This document shows positions 8,619 to 17,600 of a stretch of 53,762 nucleotides of DNA, in pieces. The stretch is from positions 1 to 53,762 of the forward strand of contig JAUVAY010000001.1 in assembly GCA_030591505.1 (NCBI GenBank). Direction: 5' to 3'. Below the pieces are notes generated by a model. The model did no database searches, was not told where the DNA came from, and worked only from the letters and a program-made list of their open reading frames with translations. Numbering within the stretch: the stretch's first letter is position 1; each line of letters starts with the position of its first letter. The stretch comes from Flavobacteriales bacterium (GTDB lineage: Bacteria > Bacteroidota > Bacteroidia > Flavobacteriales_D > JAHECK01). Made by a program: the position numbers and the translations under genes.

Positions 8619-8662
8619 CAAAGATAAGAATTCAAAATAAGCCCAATAGTAACTATTGTTAC
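8619..8662 (-). promoter_or_regulatory. Candidate promoter: palindrome GTAAC-TATT-GTTAC (8649-8662), 22 nt spacer, -7 box TATCTTTG (8626-8619, minus sense)
   Basis: A perfect 5-N4-5 inverted repeat lies 22 nt upstream of a match to the Bacteroidetes TAnnTTTG -7 consensus. The box ends 34 nt before the ATG at 8585. The same architecture occurs at 12972-13015. Confidence 0.55.
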
Positions 8663-8856
8663 AGGCCTTTTACGGGGCTGTCAACTAGTTTATTCTATTA
8701 ATAAAATTCCAAGACAATAATTAGTATTTCTTACTCTCAAGTTGAAAGTATCTCTATTCATTTCTTTTACTTTATAATTATCATATATTGACAAATCATT
8801 CAAGAAACATATATTCAACGGTTTATTACATCATACTATTTTAAATTTTGTTTAAA

Positions 8857-11800
8857 ATGAAACGTACCTGGCTTTATCTATTTTTATTATTATTCTTAAG
8901 TAATTGTATCGATTCCAAAAAAGGGAAAAAAGAGCTGAAAACGGATACTGCTTTTTCTCTTCTTAATTCAGATCAATCGGGTATTAATTTTACCAATAAA
9001 ATAAGTGAAAGCAACAAACTCTCGATTCTCGATTACGAATACTTTTATAATGGGGCAGGTGTTGGAATTGCAGATTTTGATGGGGATGGTCTGTTAGATA
9101 TCTTTTTTGGAGGAAATCAAGCCAGTGATCGATTATATAAAAACACGGGTGATATGCATTTTGAGGATATTACTAAAGAGGCAGGCATCGATCATAATGG
9201 TTGGACTATTGGTGTTTCGATTGTAGATATTAATTATGATGGTTTACCAGATATTTATCTATCCAGGTCAGGGCCAGTTGCTTCAAAGCGAATGAATGCT
9301 CTGTATATAAATGAAGGTTCATTTAAATTTACTGAACAAGCATACGAGTATGGATTAGACATTGATGCTCCTTCCAATCAAACAAGCTTTTTTGACTATG
9401 ATAAAGATGGTGATCTGGATGCATACATGATCACTCATCCAACTAATTTTACTGATACGTATAATATTTCTGAATTGCTTTCAGCGGTTGACCGTGGAGA
9501 AATAGAATCAGATATTTTACTTAAAAATGAAAATGGATTTTATGTTGATGCCACAAAAGAAGCGGGGATAGTAGAGTATGGACATACGCTAGGTATGGTT
9601 ATTAGCGACCTTAATAACGATGGCTGGCCTGATATTTTTGCAACCAATGATTTTCATAAACCGGATGTTTTGTATGTAAATAATCACAAAGGGGGATTTT
9701 TTAATGTTGCGAACCTAGCTTTTAAACATACAAGTAATAATAGTATGGGTTGTGATATTGCTGATATTAATAATGATGGTTTTATGGATGTATCAACGAT
9801 GGATATGAATTTTTTATCCCATTATAGGTCTAAGACAAATATGCCAAGTATGAGTACTGAAAAGTTCAATGCAAAGGTTGAACTGGGGTGGAATTATCAA
9901 TATATGTCTAATACGCTACAGATAAATACCGGCAAAGGAAGCTTTAGTGATGTCGCACAACTTGCTGGAGTACACCAATCCGATTGGAGTTGGTCGACTT
10001 TACTTGTTGACCTAAATGGTGATAATGCAAAAGAGTTATTTATTACAAATGGGTACAAAAGAGATCTAGCAAATAACGATCTTGTAGATATTCAAAATAA
10101 AGCCAATGCGAAAGAAAAGATGAAAAGCATTGATGATTATCTTAAAAATATCCCACAAACACTCGTGAATAATTTTGTTTTTGAAAATACCGGTCAGCTT
10201 CATTACGAAAATGTAAGTATAGCATGGGGTTTTGAAAAAGGAATGCATAGTCATGGTGCTGCTTATGGGGACCTAGACAACGATGGGGATCTGGACCTGG
10301 TCATCAACAATGTTGATTCCAAATCGGTGATCTTTGAAAACAACCTAAACCCGGACAGATATGTGAAAGTACAAGTAGAGTCGATGGATGAATATTGGCT
10401 CAATGCCCGTACTTATTGTCTATTCGATAATGACACCTTACTAAATGAATTACAGCCTATTAGAGGTTACGCGAGTTCAATGGCTCCTGAATGGATCTAT
10501 TATCCGGATGAGAATCAACGTCTTCCAAAAGTTTTGGCCTACACTCTTTCTGATGGAAATACTTATGAAATGCAATTAAAAGAAGGTTTAAATGTAATTA
10601 GCGATAATGATCCACCCTCTTCATTTAACCCAAATCGAAAGTACTCAGTTTACATTAACGACGCGATAAACAATGCTGGAGTACAATTTAATTACAAAGA
10701 AAATACATACGATGATTTTGCCGCACAGAGACTCTTGCCACATAAAGTAAGTGTAGCAGGACCATACGTTAGTAATGCAGACATTAATAATAATGGATCA
10801 GATGAGTTGTTTATTAGTTCTTCTACTGGAAATTCAGCGCTATTATGTGTTCAAAATAGTGTTGGAGGGATTAATGCAATTCAATTAGATGTTTTCAAAA
10901 ATGATAAAAAGTATGAAGATGAAGGGGCTGTTTTTATTGATGTAAATAAAGATGGTCTTAAAGACCTTTTTGTAAGTTCTGGCGGAGGTGTATACAATGC
11001 CGGAAATGAAAATAATGCAGATAGACTTTACATAAACACGGGTGACGGTGATTTTAAAAAACAAACTATTAAAAATTCATCTTTTGTAAATGGTGGTACA
11101 GCTATCGTGGGCGACTTTAATAAGGATGGAAATGATGATGTGTTGGTAGCAGGACGTGTGAGTCCAAATCAATATCCTTTGCCTGCCCCTTTTACTCTAT
11201 GGCAAGGAAATGGGAAAACCCTTAATGAAGTTAATGCAGAAACGATCTTTCCAACAATAAATTCACTGGGAATGATACAGGACCTTGTATTTATAGATTT
11301 AAATAAAGATGGACTTAAAGACCTGATCTGCACCGGTCACTGGATGGGAGTGGAGGTTTTTTATGCAAACAATAGTGGTTTTGATCCGCCAAAAAGCTTG
11401 ATTACTTCTAAAACAGGTTGGTTTAATACACTTGAAGTTAGTGATGTAAATAATGATGGGTTTTTGGACATTGTAATTGGTAATGAAGGAATGAATAATA
11501 AGTATAAAGCTGCTGAAAAAAAACCACTAAAGATCTATGCTGCAGATTTTGATAATTCAGGTACGCATGACATTGTTCTGGCAAAGAATGAAGGAGATCT
11601 TCTTGTTCCGGTTAGAGGAAGAGAGTGTTCAATTGAACAAGTTCCTGAAATTCAAACCGCACTTCCAAGTTTTGAAGAATTTGCCACTTCAACCCTTGAT
11701 GAGATCTATAGTAATGAGAGTTTAAATGATGCTTATTTTGCTCAGGTAAATGAATTTAGGCATGCGATTCTTTATCAAGATCAAGGTGGTTCTTTTACTT

Positions 11801-12123
11801 TTACACCCTTACCTCACGAAAGTCAAATCAGTCCAATAATGGATTGGGAATTAATTGACTTGAATCATGATGGCTTGATCGATATTATAGGAGTGGGAAA
11901 TAGATATAATACCGAGGTTGAAACTTCTCGTGGAGATGCCGGAACCGGCTTAGTTTTACTGCAAGAAAAAAATGGGGATTGGAAGTCTTTATCGCCTTTG
12001 GAAAGTGGATTGTATAATCCAAATAATGCACGAAGCATTACTCTTTTATCTAGAGGGGATGGCTTATCCTACTTTATTGGAAATAATAATGGCCCTTTTA
12101 AAGTAATTGATGTTGCTAAATAA
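8857..12123 (+). CDS. FG-GAP/VCBS repeat lipoprotein with ASPIC/UnbV-like region (CRTAC1 family)
   Basis: Many DxDGDGxxD FG-GAP-type repeats (DFDGDGLLDIFFG, DLDNDGDLDLVINN and others) and lipobox LSNC. I chose ATG 8857 (MKRTWLY) over the TTG at 8848. Confidence 0.7.
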   Translation: MKRTWLYLFLLLFLSNCIDSKKGKKELKTDTAFSLLNSDQSGINFTNKISESNKLSILDYEYFYNGAGVGIADFDGDGLLDIFFGGNQASDRLYKNTGDMHFEDITKEAGIDHNGWTIGVSIVDINYDGLPDIYLSRSGPVASKRMNALYINEGSFKFTEQAYEYGLDIDAPSNQTSFFDYDKDGDLDAYMITHPTNFTDTYNISELLSAVDRGEIESDILLKNENGFYVDATKEAGIVEYGHTLGMVISDLNNDGWPDIFATNDFHKPDVLYVNNHKGGFFNVANLAFKHTSNNSMGCDIADINNDGFMDVSTMDMNFLSHYRSKTNMPSMSTEKFNAKVELGWNYQYMSNTLQINTGKGSFSDVAQLAGVHQSDWSWSTLLVDLNGDNAKELFITNGYKRDLANNDLVDIQNKANAKEKMKSIDDYLKNIPQTLVNNFVFENTGQLHYENVSIAWGFEKGMHSHGAAYGDLDNDGDLDLVINNVDSKSVIFENNLNPDRYVKVQVESMDEYWLNARTYCLFDNDTLLNELQPIRGYASSMAPEWIYYPDENQRLPKVLAYTLSDGNTYEMQLKEGLNVISDNDPPSSFNPNRKYSVYINDAINNAGVQFNYKENTYDDFAAQRLLPHKVSVAGPYVSNADINNNGSDELFISSSTGNSALLCVQNSVGGINAIQLDVFKNDKKYEDEGAVFIDVNKDGLKDLFVSSGGGVYNAGNENNADRLYINTGDGDFKKQTIKNSSFVNGGTAIVGDFNKDGNDDVLVAGRVSPNQYPLPAPFTLWQGNGKTLNEVNAETIFPTINSLGMIQDLVFIDLNKDGLKDLICTGHWMGVEVFYANNSGFDPPKSLITSKTGWFNTLEVSDVNNDGFLDIVIGNEGMNNKYKAAEKKPLKIYAADFDNSGTHDIVLAKNEGDLLVPVRGRECSIEQVPEIQTALPSFEEFATSTLDEIYSNESLNDAYFAQVNEFRHAILYQDQGGSFTFTPLPHESQISPIMDWELIDLNHDGLIDIIGVGNRYNTEVETSRGDAGTGLVLLQEKNGDWKSLSPLESGLYNPNNARSITLLSRGDGLSYFIGNNNGPFKVIDVAK

Positions 12124-12129
12124 TTTGGC

Positions 12130-12954
12130 TTACAATAGTGAAGAAATTCGCTCAGATAGGATGTAGATACCCATAATCAATACAAACCAACCAAAGCCTT
12201 TTTTAAGTTTATTTCCGCTAATAAAGCGACTTAACCAGGTGCCAATAAATATTCCACCTATGGCAATAGCTGTAAATAAGAGAAGGAAAGTCCAATCAAT
12301 TCCATTTCCACCTCCTATTTGAGGGTTTCCAAGGTCACCTAAGAAGCCAATTAATGACTTTGTAGCAATAATTAAAAGCGATGTTCCAACCGCCATTTTC
12401 ATTGGTAGTTTTGCTAATATTACCAAGGCAGGAATGATTAAGAATCCACCTCCAGCGCCTACTATTCCTGTTACAACACCCACTACAGCTCCTTCTAACA
12501 AAATCATTGGGTAGTTGTATATTATCTCAGAATTTTCATTTCCCGGATCTTTTCTACCTCTAATCATGGTAAAAGATGCAAGGAGCATTATTATAGCAAA
12601 GAACACCATAATTCCCATATCCCCTGATACTGTGTAATTTCCAGTCGTAAAGAGCACATCTGGAATGGCCGGAACCAAATACGCACGCGTTAAATAGACT
12701 GCTATAAGAGCCGGCGCAGCAAAAATTACAAGTGTTTTATAATCAACAAGTCCTTTTCTTGCCATACGAATTCCTCCTATCAAGGCAGAAAATCCAACAA
12801 CGAATAAAGAATAGGCTGTTGCTGTTTTGGCATCAATCCCAAATAAGTAAGTGAGTGCTGGTAGTGTTAAAATTGAACCGCCGCCGCCAATTAGTCCAAG
12901 TGATATACCAATTAAAACTGCCGCGAGGTATCCAAAAATGCTAATTATATCCAT
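12130..12954 (-). CDS. TauE/SafE-family sulfite/organosulfonate exporter
   Basis: 274 aa, about 8 TM helices, duplicated GGGGS/GAGGG-containing halves typical of TauE/SafE. Confidence 0.75.
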   Translation of the reverse strand: MDIISIFGYLAAVLIGISLGLIGGGGSILTLPALTYLFGIDAKTATAYSLFVVGFSALIGGIRMARKGLVDYKTLVIFAAPALIAVYLTRAYLVPAIPDVLFTTGNYTVSGDMGIMVFFAIIMLLASFTMIRGRKDPGNENSEIIYNYPMILLEGAVVGVVTGIVGAGGGFLIIPALVILAKLPMKMAVGTSLLIIATKSLIGFLGDLGNPQIGGGNGIDWTFLLLFTAIAIGGIFIGTWLSRFISGNKLKKGFGWFVLIMGIYILSERISSLL

Positions 12955-12971
12955 AGATCATTTGTTCGGGG

Positions 12972-13015
12972 CAAAAATATACTCTCAAGACATTAAGGAA
13001 TGTAACCTTAGTTAC
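12972..13015 (-). promoter_or_regulatory. Candidate promoter: palindrome GTAAC-CTTA-GTTAC (13002-13015), 22 nt spacer, -7 box TATTTTTG (12979-12972, minus sense)
   Basis: Same half-sites and the same 22 nt spacing to a TAnnTTTG box as at 8619-8662. It lies between the Crp/Fnr stop (13028) and the TauE start (12954). Confidence 0.55.
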
Positions 13016-13027
13016 CTGAATAAATAA

Positions 13028-13684
13028 CTATAAAACCGGATCGAGAAAGTCGATTCGATTACGTGATAGTGCTATTTTACCGTGTTTCTCTAATTGCTTT
13101 AATAATCTGGAAATTACTTCTCTTGATGTATTAAGTTCATAAGCAATTTCCTGATGAGTTACTCGGAGCGCTTTCTTTCCTGTTGCTCTTACCTTGTCTA
13201 CGAGGTACTTATATAAACGCTCGTCCATCTTCATAAAGGCAATACTATCGATGGTACTTAATAACTCGTTAAAGCGGATATTATATGTTTGAAAAACAAA
13301 AGCCTTCCATGAGTTGTATTTATCCATCCAACTGTCTAAGAACTTAATAGGCACCATAATAATAGTGCAATCTTCTTCAGCGATCGCTCTGATATGACTT
13401 TTCATATCATTCATACAACAAGTTAGTGCCATTGCACAAGTTTGCGCGCCGTTTAAATAGTAAAGGAAAAGCTCATTTCCTTCCTCATCTTCACGGATTA
13501 TTTTTACAGAGCCATCAACTAAAAGAAAAATGGATTTGATATAATGATTAATCTCAAGAACGATGTCTCCTGCCTTATGAGATACTAGGGTTCCGTTTTC
13601 AGCAATCTCTTTGACAAGGGCTTCCTCATGTAAAATTGGAAATTTTTGCCTTATTAGCGATTCAATGTATGGTGCATTATTCAT
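13028..13684 (-). CDS. Crp/Fnr-family transcriptional regulator
   Basis: 218 aa with an N-terminal cNMP-binding-like beta-roll and a C-terminal HTH (THQEIAYELNTSREVISRLLKQLE). Confidence 0.85.
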   Translation of the reverse strand: MNNAPYIESLIRQKFPILHEEALVKEIAENGTLVSHKAGDIVLEINHYIKSIFLLVDGSVKIIREDEEGNELFLYYLNGAQTCAMALTCCMNDMKSHIRAIAEEDCTIIMVPIKFLDSWMDKYNSWKAFVFQTYNIRFNELLSTIDSIAFMKMDERLYKYLVDKVRATGKKALRVTHQEIAYELNTSREVISRLLKQLEKHGKIALSRNRIDFLDPVL

Positions 13685-13728
13685 GGTAAGAATTTACTGT
13701 AAAAATAGAAATCCTGAGAAACTTTGCT

Positions 13729-14664
13729 TTATAGCTGAGGAGGAATTTCTTGAGAAGATGCAGAACCGAACCTAAAACCGAGCATTATTTCATGGCTTCC
13801 ACTACTATATGTAGATAAAGAAGAGGTCGTAAGATCATAGGCATAGCCGATCATTAGCATTTGATTATAGTTAAAACCAATACCAAAAGAGATAGCATCT
13901 TCAGTTCGGTATGTTATTCCTAACCAGATCATTTCTTTGTAGTAAGTCCAAACTGATAGGTCAAATTGAACAGGAGTTGGGCTCTTCCATCGCATCAAAA
14001 CAGAAGGTTCAATAATAAAGTCCTCACCTATATCAAATTTATAGCCTCCATTTATCATATAATGATCTTCTAACTTAGCTGTTTTAGTTGCTGATTCATA
14101 AATATTAATATTATTGGGAATTACTTGAGGTATAGAAATTCCTGCATAGTATTTTTCCGAATAAAAATAGACGCCAAACTTCGATGTAAACTCTAGGGAT
14201 GAACCTAAATAGTTTTGTAAGGCAGGGTCATCGATAGCATCCAACCTGATCTGTGTTCCATCAATAATATATTGTTCGAATCCTAGTCCGAGCCCAAAAC
14301 TTAATCTCATCTCATCATTTAATTGAAAATGATAAGCATATGAACCTTGGAATCCCGTTCGTCTTGTAGGGCCAACAATGTCTGTATAGATCATTGCTCC
14401 TACACCCATCTTTTGTGATGCCAGTGGTCCGTATGCGTTGAGGTTAAAGGTTCGTGGAGCGTCTGTTATTCCTCTCCATTGATATCGTTGTATCAATCGG
14501 GCGTCTATATACTTTTCTGAACCGGCTACTGCGGGATTATATATGTATTTATTAAATTGGTATTGTGAGAATAATGGGATCTGTTGTGAGAAACCCAGTT
14601 GACTTCCACCTAGCGTAATCCCTACCAACAAAAAAAGCACTTTATAAATTCTTGAATTTTTCAT
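13729..14664 (-). CDS. PorP/SprF-family T9SS membrane protein
   Basis: 311 aa beta-barrel-like protein. N-terminal QQIPLFSQYQFNKYIYNPA and C-terminal GSHEIMLGFRF are family hallmarks. Confidence 0.85.
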   Translation of the reverse strand: MKNSRIYKVLFLLVGITLGGSQLGFSQQIPLFSQYQFNKYIYNPAVAGSEKYIDARLIQRYQWRGITDAPRTFNLNAYGPLASQKMGVGAMIYTDIVGPTRRTGFQGSYAYHFQLNDEMRLSFGLGLGFEQYIIDGTQIRLDAIDDPALQNYLGSSLEFTSKFGVYFYSEKYYAGISIPQVIPNNINIYESATKTAKLEDHYMINGGYKFDIGEDFIIEPSVLMRWKSPTPVQFDLSVWTYYKEMIWLGITYRTEDAISFGIGFNYNQMLMIGYAYDLTTSSLSTYSSGSHEIMLGFRFGSASSQEIPPQL

Positions 14665-14674
14665 GTCTCTCGGA

Positions 14675-17600
14675 TTATCGCATTATAGTTAATGGACCAG
14701 TAAATGGCTCTGGATAGTCTTTATCTTTTAGATCGATAACGTAATAATAGGTTCCTACAGGAACTAATTTACCGCTATACATTCCGTCCCAAGGTTCTGT
14801 ATATCCTTTAGATGAAAATAGTAGTTGTCCCCATCGATTAAACAAGCTAACCTCAACATTAGGGAATTTCGATAGATCGCCAATGATCCATACATCGTTT
14901 ACACCATCGCCATTTGGTGTAAACCCATTGTTTGGAATAAACTTGGGTTTTACAACCACAACCATAGTATCACTTGACACACAGGTATTAATATCTTCGA
15001 CGTAAACAACGTAAATCGTATTTTCTGAAGGGTTCGCTGTTGGATTAGCCAGCGTGCTGTCATCCAGTGATTCCGACGGTATCCATGCAAATATACTTCC
15101 GTCAGCTGCTGTTGGATCTCCTCCTATCATAATCGATTCTTCGAGAATAATTTCCAGATCAGGTCCCGCATCAACAATTGGGGTTGCCAAAACAACTGCA
15201 TAAGCCGTGTCTGAAGAAGTACATATTCCATCACTTATTTGATAGATATACCCCATATTTCCAACAGGAGCATCAATTATTAATGTATCACCCAAGGAAA
15301 GTATGTTTCCAAGAATGTCCGTCCATAAAGAATTTACACCATTTCCGTTTCCAACAAATACAGCTGGCCCATAACCCTGACAGTAAGAAGTGTCGTTTCC
15401 AGCATCGGCTATCAACGAGGATAATGATGAAATCACAAACTCTTCACTGTGAGTACAACCGATATCGTCTGTAATACTGATCGTATAGTTACCGGGAAGT
15501 AGATCTGATATTATAGTATCAGTCTCTCCTATTATCGTGTCTAAGTTATTATCGAGCCATTGGTAGATATAAGGAGGGCTTCCTCCCACAACGGTAATAC
15601 TAATACTACCTGTGTTGTCATTTTCACATTCTGTTTCAACAATTACCGTATCACTTACAATAATTGGATTGACCTGCGAAACAGTAAAAATCTCAGTAAG
15701 ATTACATCCTGAATTTAGATCTGTTATAAGAACACTCCAGTCACCACCACATAATCCACCAACACTATCTGTTCCTTGACCAAATGAAGGTTCCGGACTC
15801 CACAAGAAGGAGTAATCACCTGTTCCACCTGTCGGCTCTATACTTGCCCATCCATTACAATCTCCTTCACAATCCTCATTACCAATTTGAATATTAGCAA
15901 AGAGAGGTGAAATCTCTGAAATCTCAAACTCAATGCTTTGTACGCATCCGTTATCATCTGTAACTTCTAGTATCCATGTCCCACCACAAAGTTCGCCAGC
16001 AAGAGCTGTTCCTTGTCCTGTACCCGGTTCTGGTGACCAAAGGTATGTATAAGACCCTGTTCCACCACTAGCTGTTGCTGCAGCTTCACCATCACAAATT
16101 CCAGAACATGTAGCATCAACTACTGCTATATCGATTACAATTTCAGTGGCATCATTTACTACGATGTTTTGGTAGCTAATACAGCCACTTCCGTTTGTAA
16201 CTCCAACAATATAAGACCCTGAAATTAAGTTAGTTATTGTATCGGTTGTGAATCCAATATCAACGCCTAATGCGTCGTACCAATTCACCGTACAAGGAGC
16301 ATCACCACAAATATATTCTACCCATGCCATTCCATCGTCTCCGCCAAAGCAGCTAACATCTACCTTATCACTAATTAGATCCTCTCCACCCTCTTCACTT
16401 ACAATAGCCACAAAAGTTTGTGTACATAAACTATCATCTACAACTACACAATTATATACACCTTCTGTAAGGTCAGTGATACTAGATGTGGTCACTCCCA
16501 GATCATTTCCTCCAGCATCAAACCATTGATAAGTATAAGGAGCGATTCCTCCACTTACTACAAGGTCAATACTTCCGTCTCCGGGGTTCATATTACATGA
16601 AGCATTAACAACTGTACTATCTGCAACCATTGCTGAAGGCTCAAGAATTACGAAATTAATAGTGGTATCACATCCATTATTATCTTCAATAGTAACTGAC
16701 CAATCACCAGCAAACAATCCTCCAACATTTGGATTTCCTTGTCCAGAACCAGGTTCAGGCAACCAATTGTAGGTGTATGGTTCTTCTCCTCCACTGGCAA
16801 TTACCTGAGCACTTCCGGAATTATCCCCATTACAACTTGCATCAGTAACACTCACAATTCCTGAAACTATTGTATAGTCCAAGACTTCGAATGTTACAGT
16901 AGTATCACAACCAATATTATCTTCTATTATAACCTGCCATAATCCGGGACATAGTCCACTCACACTCAATTCTCCTTGACCACTTGGCGGTTCAGGAATC
17001 CATGTTATAGTATAGTTTCCGTTTCCTCCAATAGGGTTTATCGTTGCGATTCCATCGCATGGTCCATTACATGATACATTATCAAAATCTAAATTAGGTT
17101 CGATTGGGTTTATCGCATCAATTTCAAATGCTAAAAACCACTCACATGAAAGTCCATTCTCAATTCCGATCCAGTAAGAACCTGCAACTAAAGTGACAAT
17201 ATCTCCGGCAACTGGTAGAGGCGTCCCAAATTCATCATACCAAGTAATAACACACGTCGGATTTAAACAATTATATAGAGCAGACACTGTACTCGAATCA
17301 CCAGGACATAAACCCGGTAATATCTGTAATGTTAGCGTATCAGCACCTTGATCATTGACTGCCATTGTATAGTTCTCTGAACACATATTAGCATCCGTTA
17401 CCAAAACAGTATAAATTCCTGCAAGTAAATTAATGGCTGTTGGTGTTGTTTGAGCTGCTCCATCGTTCCATAGATAGGTATATCCAGGTGTTCCTCCTGA
17501 TACCACAACACTTGCTTCACCGTCATTGATACTACATGTACTTTCAATTGTACTTGTAGTAGCTAATAATGAGTCGGCTTGTAATACCGTGTATGTGTTA

